64,000 nucleotides of DNA. It comes from an uncultured cyanobacterium (GTDB taxonomy: Bacteria > Cyanobacteriota > Cyanobacteriia > Phormidesmidales > Phormidesmidaceae). The stretch covers positions 512,001 to 576,000 of the forward strand of contig CAWBZI010000002.1 in assembly GCA_963793265.1 (NCBI GenBank). Reading direction: 5' to 3'. A program made the position numbers and the translations under genes. Each line of letters starts with the position of its first letter. Positions within the stretch are counted from its first letter, which is position 1. Shown here one piece after another: positions 9,308 through 19,158 of this stretch. The notes beneath the pieces are model-generated. The model was not told where the DNA came from. It did no database searches and was given only the letters and a program-made list of their open reading frames with translations.

Positions 9308-9595
9308 GTGACCGATTCAGTTCTTCAGTTTGTATTTACACAGCTCGCCAAGTTTATTGTCGGCATTCAGCCCTTTTTACCCGTGATTTGCCTGGTCTTA
9401 GCCTGGGCTATCACTGCCATGGTCATTCTCAACATTGCCGCCGCCGTCAAGCAGGGTGCTCAGAACATTCGCCAAATGCACCGCATTCCCTGCGCCAAAT
9501 GCCGCTACGCCACTCGCGACTATCATCTCAAGTGCTCTGTGCATCCGCGAGAAGCTTTTTCAGAAGAGGCCATTAGCTGCCTGGACTTTGAGTAA
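9308..9595 (+). CDS. Small membrane-anchored Cys-rich hypothetical protein
   Basis: TM segment, then 'MHRIPCAKC...LKCSVHP...C' (four Cys). Confidence 0.65.
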   Translation: MTDSVLQFVFTQLAKFIVGIQPFLPVICLVLAWAITAMVILNIAAAVKQGAQNIRQMHRIPCAKCRYATRDYHLKCSVHPREAFSEEAISCLDFE

Positions 9596-9800
9596 AAACC
9601 GACAACGCATCGTCCGTAAAGCTGCGCTAGCATTCATCTTGCGCTGATTCTATAGTGAAGAATAGACGTAGGGTGATATCAAGCGTTTATATTTGGGTCG
9701 GGGAATGCTCAAATATACGGATACAAAGCTGGCTGAGGGGTGTAATGCCTAAAGCAGCAAAAGCGGTAAAGGCAAACTTAACGGGCGATCTAGTAGGTTC

Positions 9801-10694
9801 ATGTTTTCAATCTTCATCCTGACTCACAACGAAGAGTTAGATATTGCCGCCTGCATTGAGTCAGCCGCTCTGAGTGACGATGTAATTTTAGTCGATTCAT
9901 TTAGCAGCGATCGCACCATAGAAATCGCTGAACGCTATCCCGCCGTCCGCATCTTTCAACATGCCTTCGAGAGCCACGGCAAACAGCGTACCTGGATGCT
10001 GCGCAACATCCCGACCAAGCATCCCTGGTCATACATTCTAGAAGCCGACGAACGCATGACCCCTGAGCTGTTTGTCGAATGCGAAGTAGCAGCCGCCTCG
10101 GGCAGACACGCAGGCTACTACGCCGCTGAGCGCGTCATGTTCATGGACAGATGGATTAAGCACAGCACCCAATATCCTCGCTACCAGCTCAGGCTGCTCG
10201 ATAAAAAGCACGTTTGGTTCGACGACTATGGCCACACCGAACGCGAAGTTATCAACGGCTCTCACGGCTTTTTAAAAGAAACCTATCCTCACTACACCTG
10301 CGGTAAGGGCTTTAGCCGCTGGATAGACAAGCACAATCGCTACTCAACCGACGAGGCTCAGGAAACAATTAGGCAGCTTTCTGGAAAGAAGAATATTCAA
10401 TGGAAGTCCCTCTTCGTCGGCAAGTCTGAGGTAGAGCGCCGCCGTGCGCTAAAGAATCTATCGCTACGCATTCCCGGTCGCCCGGTCGTGCGGTTTATAT
10501 ACATGTACTTTTTCTTGGGTGGCATTCGTGATGGCCGCGCCGGGTTTACGTGGTGTATGCTTCAGGCTTTTTATGAGTATCTAATTTTGCTTAAGGTGTG
10601 GGAGATGCGGCACTATGAGGTGGGCGAGGTGATCGCCCCACCTGCACCTGTTGCTTCAGAGGCAGCTAGCGCCTCACACTCCAAAGCCGCTTAG
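9801..10694 (+). CDS. Glycosyltransferase family 2
   Basis: 'ILTHNEE', 'VDSFSSDRT', 'EADE' DxD-like motif. Confidence 0.9.
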   Translation: MFSIFILTHNEELDIAACIESAALSDDVILVDSFSSDRTIEIAERYPAVRIFQHAFESHGKQRTWMLRNIPTKHPWSYILEADERMTPELFVECEVAAASGRHAGYYAAERVMFMDRWIKHSTQYPRYQLRLLDKKHVWFDDYGHTEREVINGSHGFLKETYPHYTCGKGFSRWIDKHNRYSTDEAQETIRQLSGKKNIQWKSLFVGKSEVERRRALKNLSLRIPGRPVVRFIYMYFFLGGIRDGRAGFTWCMLQAFYEYLILLKVWEMRHYEVGEVIAPPAPVASEAASASHSKAA

Positions 10695-11416
10695 GCATTG
10701 TCCATTTCAGTCGCCAAATCGGCCTCGCTAATATAGTCGTCTATAAGCTGATCGACGGCTTCTTTTTGAGCAGAAGGAATGTTGAGGGTGACGTAGCGGC
10801 GTGAGAGAAATGAGCGAGGAACCACCCGCAAAATTAAGGTGCTAGGATTGTCATCGTCCCAGCCAAAAGCTTCTACTCTGTCCCAGGGTTGCCAGGCGTA
10901 GAGGTAGGAGAGGCCGTTTTCTCGGATTTCTAGATCGCTGAGGCCGAGGAAGAGAAATAGGAGTGCGATCGCCCACCAAAAAGCAATTTCGACTAAACCT
11001 GAGGTAATTCCTAAAGGTCTTGCGAGTGCGCCGGTAATCGTGTCTAGCAAAGATAGGGTCATTGCGATCGCAATTCCCGTTTGCACTAGGCCAATCCAAA
11101 AGAGAATTTTATTCTGCGAGGTGCGCCCGACTTCGAGCTTGAGTTCGCCCGCACTTTTTTTGCGAAAAGGCCAGCTCAACAGCCAGATGAAGACACCGAC
11201 GCTGTAGAGGCCGCATAGGATAATGAAACCATAGCGGCCAATCGATGAGAATAAGAGGGCGATTACCCCGCCTATCAATAGCCACGAACTGCTGTAATAC
11301 AAAATTCGTCGAGCAGGCGCTGGCCCCAACGTCGCTCTGGCAATCAAATAGCCTATCCACAACAGGGCTACAATTACGGTCAGTAAAACAGTCAGAAACG
11401 CAAAATTTAGGCTCAC
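10691..11416 (-). CDS. Hypothetical membrane protein
   Basis: About five TM helices and a C-terminal PH-like soluble segment ('LEIRENGL...W'). Confidence 0.6.
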   Translation of the reverse strand: MSLNFAFLTVLLTVIVALLWIGYLIARATLGPAPARRILYYSSSWLLIGGVIALLFSSIGRYGFIILCGLYSVGVFIWLLSWPFRKKSAGELKLEVGRTSQNKILFWIGLVQTGIAIAMTLSLLDTITGALARPLGITSGLVEIAFWWAIALLFLFLGLSDLEIRENGLSYLYAWQPWDRVEAFGWDDDNPSTLILRVVPRSFLSRRYVTLNIPSAQKEAVDQLIDDYISEADLATEMDNA

Positions 11417-11514
11417 GGCAGGCTATTTTTTCTAGTTTTTGGCAGGGTAGAAGCGAATAACAGTCGCATTTTATACGCTTTGGCGACAGCCTACCACGCT
11501 AATTCCCTAACGTC

Positions 11515-12912
11515 TCATCGCTCGATTGTTTCTTCTAATGCCTGCCGAATCTCTTCAGTGACAGTCGCAACAGCAGCGCGTCCAGCCTTGCGATTTTGCT
11601 GATAGTCCGCAAGCTTTGGCGCGATCGCAATCGGCGGCTGCACCGTCATTTTTATCCACCGTTGCCCTAGCCTGGGTCGGCCCGGCAGCTTGTCTCCACT
11701 CAGCCGCGCCAGCATATCAGACATCAGCAGCGTAGTCTCTGCGCAGCGCTCAAACGAAGGTTTCTCCTTAAGGTAGTGACCATCAACGGCGACAAAGCTC
11801 TCGACCATTCTCATATGCAGCTCCCGCAAACTTGCTTCCTGCGCGGCCCAGTCGGCTAGACCCTTTTGCAGCGGCGGCAGCGTGTCTAAATCTGGCAGAT
11901 CGTCCCGGTAGATATAGCTCCAGCTTGCTTCTTCCAAACGCCGACAGCGATCGACTAAGGTACCTTTATTCGGTAGATCAAAAAAATGCTCAGACACCTG
12001 CAAAGTCTGATCTAACAATTGCTGCAATCGCTCAGAACAACCGTTTTCATCCGCAGAGACTTCTGAGGCTGCAAATTTCTGGTGATAGCAGCGCGTGTAA
12101 AACGCCTCCATCGTTTCGATCAAATGCTCACCCAAACGCAGTATCCGCAGATAGCAGCCTTTGTCTAAAGTCGGCGCACTTAGCGGCGGTTGAACAAGGC
12201 CACTTTTTGACTCTAGCTCAGAGAGAAGCTCGCTTAATTTTGTCCAGTTTGGCTGCACGTAGCGATATTGAATGCCGATCGGAATAATGAAAACGTCTTC
12301 AGTGCGATCGCTCTTCTGCAAATCTTCCGCGCACCAAAACCCAAGCTGAGCCACCCCCGGCTCCAACGGCCCCAGCCTCTCACTATGTCCATTCGTCGCT
12401 CCTTCTGGAGCAACCACCAGCGGCATCTCCCCTTCTACCATTAGCCTCCGCGCCGCTTTGAGCCCCACCCAGTCAGGTCTGCGCCCCCGCCGAATCGGCG
12501 TGCCCCCAATCCGAGAAAGCAGCCAGCCAATACTTCTACCCGCCCAGATTGTCATCCCCCGCTCATAAATGAAGTGCGTATGCACCGGCTTTTTGAGCGA
12601 AATACCTTTTTTCTTTGCAGCGCTGGCAACCGCTCTAGAACACAGATACAGTCCGCTTAACGGGTCGTCAACTTCCACATGACGCACGGCCATTAAAAAA
12701 CGAGCTGAGCCAGCCTCGAACTGTTCGTAAAGCTTGACCAAACGCTCGACGTTTTCAACTTCAATGCGTTGAATACCAACCGGTAGCCAGGGGCGAATGC
12801 GAACCCGCAGCAAAAAGGGGAGCGCAAAATGTACGGCCCTCATCACCCAGGGGTTATAAGCCGCTGGAATGAAATGAAGCGGTGGCTTTACCTGTCGAAC
12901 AAATTGAGGCAT
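11515..12912 (-). CDS. Glycerol/phospholipid acyltransferase (PlsC-like) family protein
   Basis: HxxxxD ('RHVEVDDP'), 'GGTPIRRG', 'APEGATNG'. Confidence 0.8.
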   Translation of the reverse strand: MPQFVRQVKPPLHFIPAAYNPWVMRAVHFALPFLLRVRIRPWLPVGIQRIEVENVERLVKLYEQFEAGSARFLMAVRHVEVDDPLSGLYLCSRAVASAAKKKGISLKKPVHTHFIYERGMTIWAGRSIGWLLSRIGGTPIRRGRRPDWVGLKAARRLMVEGEMPLVVAPEGATNGHSERLGPLEPGVAQLGFWCAEDLQKSDRTEDVFIIPIGIQYRYVQPNWTKLSELLSELESKSGLVQPPLSAPTLDKGCYLRILRLGEHLIETMEAFYTRCYHQKFAASEVSADENGCSERLQQLLDQTLQVSEHFFDLPNKGTLVDRCRRLEEASWSYIYRDDLPDLDTLPPLQKGLADWAAQEASLRELHMRMVESFVAVDGHYLKEKPSFERCAETTLLMSDMLARLSGDKLPGRPRLGQRWIKMTVQPPIAIAPKLADYQQNRKAGRAAVATVTEEIRQALEETIER

Positions 12913-12946
12913 CGAATGATAGGACTAATAATAAGGGCCATTTACG

Positions 12947-12990
12947 CAAAAGGACTGAAGCGCCACTTACCAGCGCCCCAGTCCTTATTT
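12947..12990 (-). terminator. Intrinsic terminator downstream of infC
   Basis: AAGGACTG...CAGTCCTT stem with inner GCGC pairs, followed by TTTT on the minus strand. Confidence 0.6.
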
Positions 12991-13031
12991 ATGAGATCAA
13001 GCTATGGCGGCTCAAACGCACGCCAATTTGC

Positions 13032-13517
13032 TTAGTTAGGCACAACTTGCACAATTAGCGATCGCCGATCAAATGTCTGCACTTTGCTCACCTTAGAAAG
13101 ATCCTCTACAACCCGGTTTAGCAAATCAGTCGCGCGATCGCGATGCTGGTGCTCTCGGCCTCTCAGGCGCACCTGAAACTTCACCGAGTCGCCACGTTCT
13201 AGCCAGGCCAAAGCCTTATCAATCCGAACCTGATAGTCAGAGTCGCCAACATTAGGGCGCAGTCTGACCTCTTTTACAGACGTACGGGCGCTTTGCTTTT
13301 GGCGCTTACGGCTTTGATACTGGTGCTTACCGTAATCCAGAATCTTCGCAACCGGATTTTCTTGGTCGGGTGAGACCACCACAAGGTCAAGTTTGGCAGC
13401 CTTGGCAAGTGCCAGTGCCTCTGACGTATCGGTCAGGCCGCGATTCGTACCTTCGTTGTCAATCAGAAGAACCTGCGCGGCTCGGATCTGTTGATTGATG
13501 AGTGGTTTTTTAGCGAT
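13032..13517 (-). CDS. infC: Translation initiation factor IF-3 (divergent paralog), ATC start
   Basis: The frame extends 45 codons upstream of the ORF-track start (IAKKPLINQQIRAAQVLLIDNEG...LDLVVV) to an ATC 8 nt after GAGG; in-frame TAA at 13530-13532; 'AKILDYGK', 'KEVRLRP', 'RLRGRE'. Confidence 0.88.
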   Translation of the reverse strand: MAKKPLINQQIRAAQVLLIDNEGTNRGLTDTSEALALAKAAKLDLVVVSPDQENPVAKILDYGKHQYQSRKRQKQSARTSVKEVRLRPNVGDSDYQVRIDKALAWLERGDSVKFQVRLRGREHQHRDRATDLLNRVVEDLSKVSKVQTFDRRSLIVQVVPN

Positions 13518-13740
13518 TGTATTTTCCTCTTAAAAGAACGCAACAGGGATGTGAAAAATGAGTTTAATCGAATACTGGCACGTGCATTACGTAGATACTT
13601 AATACAAATGCCTGGGTTGACAGCCCATTATAAATGGTATACCCAACATATAGGCTATTTTAAACCAACTTGCCAGAGGCGGATCGCACCCTGGCAATGT
13701 GTCTTTACAATTGAGCCGGTAATTAGACCAGTAGAGCGAG

Positions 13741-15531
13741 CTAAATCCGCACGCAGCCACCGTCAAACAAAGGCACGCTCATGCTGAAGTTCTCGCCGTA
13801 GGTCAGCTTTTGCTCTTCTAGAATGCCGAGGGCAATTTTTTCACCCAAACGAGCAGACTCGTAATAGTCAGTAAAGAAGTGCACGCCAGCCCAGTCACGA
13901 CCGATAGAGATATTAGCCGCGAGCTTGTTCAGCTCACCTTCTACCGTCAGTGCCAGTGAATGATCGACTGACTGTAGAGAGGTGCCATCTTGAGTGTTGA
14001 CGTAGGGCTGAGGCAGTACGTAACCATGATCAAAGAAGGCTTTGAGAATAGTGACGCAAGCGCCTGCAACGGTGGCGTGGCCTGCGCCGTAAGAAGGGTG
14101 CATAGGTGAACCTTCGGCAAATGCCATGGGCAGCAAGTATACATTTTCAGCACCGAATTCCTGCTTGGCCTCGTGGCAGGTGCTCCCTAGCTCAGATAGG
14201 TAGCGCTGGTTTTGGGCTTTGTTGTGAAGCGATACGCTGTGCAGGGTGTCGCTGATCTTATCGCTGATGTGAGCAACTGGGGACAGGCTGGGGGCTTGGG
14301 TGTTGCGCCACTGGTGAATGCGGCCTGCGATCGCCTCAGGACGACAGCGGCGGTGCACATTAAACTTCTGGTAGCGCACTGCTTTGAGCGCACGAGTCGC
14401 CACTTCAGTCACCAAAGATAGGATGTGAGGCCCGCCAAAGTGAGCAAAGCCCTGCTGGTGGTCATGAATATCATCGGCCTGGAAAGGAATGCCAGGATCA
14501 AAGGGTACGCCCATTGCTATCATCGCCAAACACGCGTTGAGGTAGCTCTGATAGAGCGCGTCGTAGTGAACGTAGGTTGCCAAATCGCGAGGGGTCGCAA
14601 TAAAGCGATACTTATTTTCGCCGTCTACATAGGTTTCTTTACCGCGCAGGTCAGCGCCGTTTTGCACGTCTTGCCACCACTCCCAGGTAGTCATGTAGTC
14701 TTTGTGAGGTGTGGCGGTGCGAACTTTGTTGTCGAAGACCATTGCGCCGTAAGCGACTAGGCCATCGAGTACGCCGTCTTTGTCGCCGCCTAGCTCGGGC
14801 GTGCCTCGGCAGAGAAACTGAGAAATGTAGGGGCCTTTGGTGTCGCCAAAGGCGGTGCCGCGAAAGAGGGTTTGAGCTGTGAACTGGCCGCGACGACGAG
14901 CCTTCGCTCTGTCGCTCACAGGCGCACCAGCGGGGATTGGCGTGTCTTTGAACCAGGCTAAATTGTTGAGCCGTTCAATCGCAGCGGCGACGCCTGGGTT
15001 GCTGTCAAATTCAGCAAAAGGAACGTCACGAAGCAGCGCCATCTCGTACACTTCAGCCACTTCAGCGACGTATTCATCACTGTCTACAGTCGGTGCAGGT
15101 GGCATCGTAATGGACTGAGCGTCCGGCCCTTCAAGATCAAACAAAAGACCAGCGCCTGCACTCTCCCAGCCTCTAACGGTCACGTCATGCTGCTGAGTGT
15201 ATTGAGACTTCCATTCAATCGGCTCGCCTTTGACGGATCCTTTGGGGCCAAGCGGCGTGTCCTGAAAATCTCTGGGATTGCCTGAATCAATGCCGCGAAT
15301 GAACTGTTGGTAGTCAGCAGGATCGCAGATGAGGCCGTCTTTTTCGTCGTGGGGTAGCCCTTTGGTGTAGTTTGCCAAATGAGAGGCTTTGCTGCCTCGA
15401 ACCGTTTGGCCTTCATCAAAGCGGTAGCGTTGCTCTTCGCCGTTGGCCTTATGTTGCTCATGGGCTCGGTCGTAAGCGAGCTTGGCAGCAGCGGTGCGAA
15501 GATCTAATGACTGGTGCTTGCGTGAGTTCAT
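13741..15531 (-). CDS. Vanadium-dependent haloperoxidase (bromoperoxidase type)
   Basis: Vanadate-site motifs 'QKFNVHRRCRP', 'GSPMHPSYGAGH', 'GRDWAGVH'; SD AAAGGAG upstream. Confidence 0.92.
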   Translation of the reverse strand: MNSRKHQSLDLRTAAAKLAYDRAHEQHKANGEEQRYRFDEGQTVRGSKASHLANYTKGLPHDEKDGLICDPADYQQFIRGIDSGNPRDFQDTPLGPKGSVKGEPIEWKSQYTQQHDVTVRGWESAGAGLLFDLEGPDAQSITMPPAPTVDSDEYVAEVAEVYEMALLRDVPFAEFDSNPGVAAAIERLNNLAWFKDTPIPAGAPVSDRAKARRRGQFTAQTLFRGTAFGDTKGPYISQFLCRGTPELGGDKDGVLDGLVAYGAMVFDNKVRTATPHKDYMTTWEWWQDVQNGADLRGKETYVDGENKYRFIATPRDLATYVHYDALYQSYLNACLAMIAMGVPFDPGIPFQADDIHDHQQGFAHFGGPHILSLVTEVATRALKAVRYQKFNVHRRCRPEAIAGRIHQWRNTQAPSLSPVAHISDKISDTLHSVSLHNKAQNQRYLSELGSTCHEAKQEFGAENVYLLPMAFAEGSPMHPSYGAGHATVAGACVTILKAFFDHGYVLPQPYVNTQDGTSLQSVDHSLALTVEGELNKLAANISIGRDWAGVHFFTDYYESARLGEKIALGILEEQKLTYGENFSMSVPLFDGGCVRI

Positions 15532-15682
15532 GTGGGTTGTCTCCTTTACTTAAAGACACGTCGTTTGAGTGATGACACCAATGTATAAAAACTCTTCTAC
15601 AAACCACAGTACCCAGCAGGGTCATCTTGCCATTACTTAACGAAAGCCCAGTTTTCAGCCCATTCTGCTCAAATATCCGCCT

Positions 15683-17332
15683 TTATACGCCTACCGACAA
15701 AAACCCCCATGTGCCTATGCCGACGCTAAGCCCTATGACCAGCACGACAGATGTAAACCAAGCCGCCATCTTATCGGGGAAGGCATGGATGCGAGAAAGG
15801 CCGCTATAGAGAGTGATTAAAGATTGAGAGAGCGCCCAGAGTGCGGCGATAAGGATAGCGGCGTTAGCAATCCAAATGCCAGAAGGCACCAGCAATCTAC
15901 CGGCTAGCTCGTGGGCCAAAGCGCTAAAAGCTGCCAACAGGCCAATTGGGACAACGGCGGTGCCCAGAATGAAGATATCAGCGACCCACAGGCTGCGCAC
16001 CTGTAGCCAAATGCGAGTGAGGGCGATCGCGAGCACCATGGCCACAAACATCATGCCGCCAGAAGCCCACAGCCAGGAAACAACTAGCCAGCTAGAGTTG
16101 GGGGCGTATTGAACCGCGCCCGTAAGAAATAGGATGTTGGCAAGCACCGCCAAACCATAGCCCACACAGCTCGCCTGCCGAGAAGACAGCCTGCGGTACA
16201 GCGGGATCATCTCACCGGCTGGATTGCTCAATAGTCTTAAGGTGGCCCCTGCACCTGAGAAGAGTCGCCAGTGTAAGCCTCGGCGGGGTCGATAGTTTGA
16301 GATGGGCCTTGAGCTAACGCCCGGAGCCCAGTAGGTTTGATGCGATGAAGACGAGAAAGGTCGCTTTATTTGGGGCGCGATATCTTTAGAAGTCGGTTTG
16401 GATGCGTCTCTGCGGTTAGTTTGACTGGGTGGAACAGGCGGGTGAATAGTGGAATTTTGGGACGCAGGACTTTGCGACAGCGGTAGGTCTGAAGCGCGGC
16501 GACGTTGGCTCAAATCTCCTTTTATCGAGGTGCGGCGAGCCCGGCCTGGAATCACTTTAGAGAACTGGCTAGCGATCGCACCTAAAAGCTTGACAGGACG
16601 AGATCGCCCCGCCGTCCCGAACTGCCGCAGATATATTTGTAGCTGCTGATAGCTCGCCAAATGACCCTGCGTTTTATAAAGCTGCGCGGCCTGGCGCAAA
16701 TCTTTAGCAGCCTCGTCTAATTGATGTAAATCCTGGTGGGCAATGCCGCGACGATAGTAGTATTGGGCGTCTTCAGGATCGCAGGTAATCGCGTCTGTAA
16801 AAGCAGCGATCGCACTTTGAACATAGTTCAGCCGGTAGCGCGCAAGGCCCTGGTAGTAGTAGGTTTTAGCTTCTGTGGAGTTAAGTGTGATCGCCCGCTG
16901 GCAGTCAGCTAATACGCCCGAATCATCTTCTAGTAAATACCTGGCCTCAGCGCGACGTAGGTAGGCTTCGGCAAACTGTTCGTCTAGCTCAATCGCTTTG
17001 TTGTAATCATTCAAGGCTGCTCGATAGCGCCGAGACACCGCGTAGCGAATACCGCGAATGTAAAAGTCCGATGGCGTTTGCGGGTTTGTCAGGAACTTTT
17101 TATCACCATAGCCCTGCCGGTACTGATCGTAGCGCTGACGCTGCACCCGATCTATCAGTACCTCGTAAGCCTCTCGCAATGCCTGAAACTGTCTGGCCAA
17201 ACCAGGCTGATTGGGATGTAAATCTGGGTGGCACTGCCTGGCCAGCCGTCGAAACGCCGTTTTAATTTCTCGACGGCTCGCAGTTTCGGGCAGGCGTAGG
17301 CGTCGGTAATAATCGCCGGTAGAAGAGGGCAT
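15683..17332 (-). CDS. DnaJ-domain/TPR protein with C-terminal membrane domain
   Basis: J-domain with HPD, several TPRs, low-complexity linker, about five TM helices. Confidence 0.85.
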   Translation of the reverse strand: MPSSTGDYYRRLRLPETASRREIKTAFRRLARQCHPDLHPNQPGLARQFQALREAYEVLIDRVQRQRYDQYRQGYGDKKFLTNPQTPSDFYIRGIRYAVSRRYRAALNDYNKAIELDEQFAEAYLRRAEARYLLEDDSGVLADCQRAITLNSTEAKTYYYQGLARYRLNYVQSAIAAFTDAITCDPEDAQYYYRRGIAHQDLHQLDEAAKDLRQAAQLYKTQGHLASYQQLQIYLRQFGTAGRSRPVKLLGAIASQFSKVIPGRARRTSIKGDLSQRRRASDLPLSQSPASQNSTIHPPVPPSQTNRRDASKPTSKDIAPQIKRPFSSSSHQTYWAPGVSSRPISNYRPRRGLHWRLFSGAGATLRLLSNPAGEMIPLYRRLSSRQASCVGYGLAVLANILFLTGAVQYAPNSSWLVVSWLWASGGMMFVAMVLAIALTRIWLQVRSLWVADIFILGTAVVPIGLLAAFSALAHELAGRLLVPSGIWIANAAILIAALWALSQSLITLYSGLSRIHAFPDKMAAWFTSVVLVIGLSVGIGTWGFLSVGV

Positions 17333-17919
17333 GAATAAAAGCGCTTAAAGTCGTATTACGAGGCAGAAAGAAGCGTCACTTAAAAGAATAGGAACTTGAA
17401 TAGCATCAAAGATTAATAAGAGATTTGAAACATCGACAATAATAGCGATCGCTAAGCCCTCAGCTTGAGCCAATAACTTAGGCCAATAACTAACTATTTT
17501 AGCCGGTTTCTTTACCCAGACTAATTAGATATACACGCGCGTTTAGGGAAATCCATCAACTTTTTTATACTTGCTGAGCCCAGCCTGTTTTAGTCGATTA
17601 ATTGAGTTGACTGCTAGTCAATCTCAAAAAGTCTTTAAACGGTATCTTCTTATACTTATTTCAGCGATAAAAGTCCGTATTCAACACTCTAATTTCAAGA
17701 CTATCGCTAAGGCGAACCTGATTGAGAAATAATCACCCGTCTTCAGCAGACCTTTACAAAAACTGACAGGTGTTTATACGGATGCTTAAACAGGTATTAA
17801 GTTTGCCCGGATCTACCCCTTCTGACTGAGTGAATCCCTTGAAGCGATCCGATTCGAGGCGTTATTCTCCTTCAGTATCCATATTCAGATGAGCCGCACC
17901 AAGCTTTTAAATTAAAAAC

Positions 17920-19005
17920 ATGAAATCAGGATCTCCTTTACGCTTTTCACTGGGCCGCACACTGGGCCGCACGCTGACGGCGGGTGTTGCCGTTTGCCTC
18001 TGCTCAAGCGCGCTCTTAATATCAGGCTGTTCTGAAAGAGCCAATACTAGCGAAGCGCCGACGGGCACTGATAGTTCGCTGGTTGAGGCAGAAGAAGTGA
18101 GTAAGCCGCTAGTGGTGACGACCGTGGCCCCAATCACAAATATTGTGAGTAATATTGCAGGCGATCGCCTCCGCGTCGTCGGCATGGTGCCCGAAGGCAC
18201 AAACTCCCACACCTTTGAGCCCCGCCCCTCTGACGGCGAGCTGCTAGCCGAAGCCGATCTGGTTTTAGTCAATGGCCTCTCCCTCGAAATTCCCTCTATT
18301 GAAATGGCCGAAGCCGTCAAGCCCGCAGACACCAAAATTTACGAGCTAGGCACCAACGTCATCGCGCAAGAAGACTGGCTGTTCGACAATAGCTTTCCAC
18401 AGGCAAAAGGCCGACCTAATCCGCACCTCTGGGTAGATCCTGAGTACGCAGAAGGCTATGCAAAGCTCGCCGCCGAGCAGCTTATTGAGCTAGATCCTGA
18501 AGGACAAGAAACCTACGAGGCCAACCTAGCGAGTTTTTTAGCCAAGCTCGATCAGCTCGATCAGGTCACTCGCGAAGTCGTCGCAACGATCCCACCTGAA
18601 AATCGCAAGCTGCTCACCTATCATGACTCTTGGCCCTACTGGGCACGTCAATATGGATTTGAGGTCATCGGCGCAGTTCAGCCGTCAGACTTCAGCGAGC
18701 CTTCAGCTCAAGATGTAGCCTCTATCGTCGATCAGATTAAGGCCAGTGATGTGCCCGCCATTTTTGGCTCAGAGGTATTTCCTAGCAAAATATCTGAGCA
18801 GATCGCGCGCGAAGCTGACGTTAAGCTCGACAACACGGCTGATGACGACCTGCCTGGAGAGGGATCAGCAAGTGCCACAGAAAACACGAACCCAGAGCAC
18901 ACATACATCGGCATGATGGCAGACAACTTACGCATTTTTGCAAACGCTTTAGGCGGCGATGCTGGCCCGGTTGATCAGTTAGATGTGACAAATGTTGTCG
19001 AGTAG
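17920..19005 (+). CDS. Mn/Zn ABC transporter substrate-binding lipoprotein (cluster A-I)
   Basis: Lipobox 'LISGC'; 'NSHTFEP', 'NPHLW', 'YHDSW', 'DDD' give H-H-H-D ligands. Confidence 0.88.
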   Translation: MKSGSPLRFSLGRTLGRTLTAGVAVCLCSSALLISGCSERANTSEAPTGTDSSLVEAEEVSKPLVVTTVAPITNIVSNIAGDRLRVVGMVPEGTNSHTFEPRPSDGELLAEADLVLVNGLSLEIPSIEMAEAVKPADTKIYELGTNVIAQEDWLFDNSFPQAKGRPNPHLWVDPEYAEGYAKLAAEQLIELDPEGQETYEANLASFLAKLDQLDQVTREVVATIPPENRKLLTYHDSWPYWARQYGFEVIGAVQPSDFSEPSAQDVASIVDQIKASDVPAIFGSEVFPSKISEQIAREADVKLDNTADDDLPGEGSASATENTNPEHTYIGMMADNLRIFANALGGDAGPVDQLDVTNVVE

Positions 19006-19158
19006 ATGTGACAAACATGAAAAGCCGGTATTGCCCGTTAGTATGAGAAGCGCGTTCCTAAGCGCAGATTCTCTAAAACAAATCTACCAACAACCCTCTT
19101 AAATCTTTTTGTAACAAGTTATCTATGATCGAAAACAACCGCTAAGGATTCAGCCTTT

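Noticed and set aside
7662..15531. Dehalogenase-like hydrolase and haloperoxidase as a halogen cycle
   Set aside because: They are 5 kb apart with unrelated genes between, and the hydrolase lacks the Asp nucleophile
15572..15583. TGACACCAATG matching the MITE TIR end upstream of the haloperoxidase
   Set aside because: Only 11 bp with no partner TIR or TSD; could be chance
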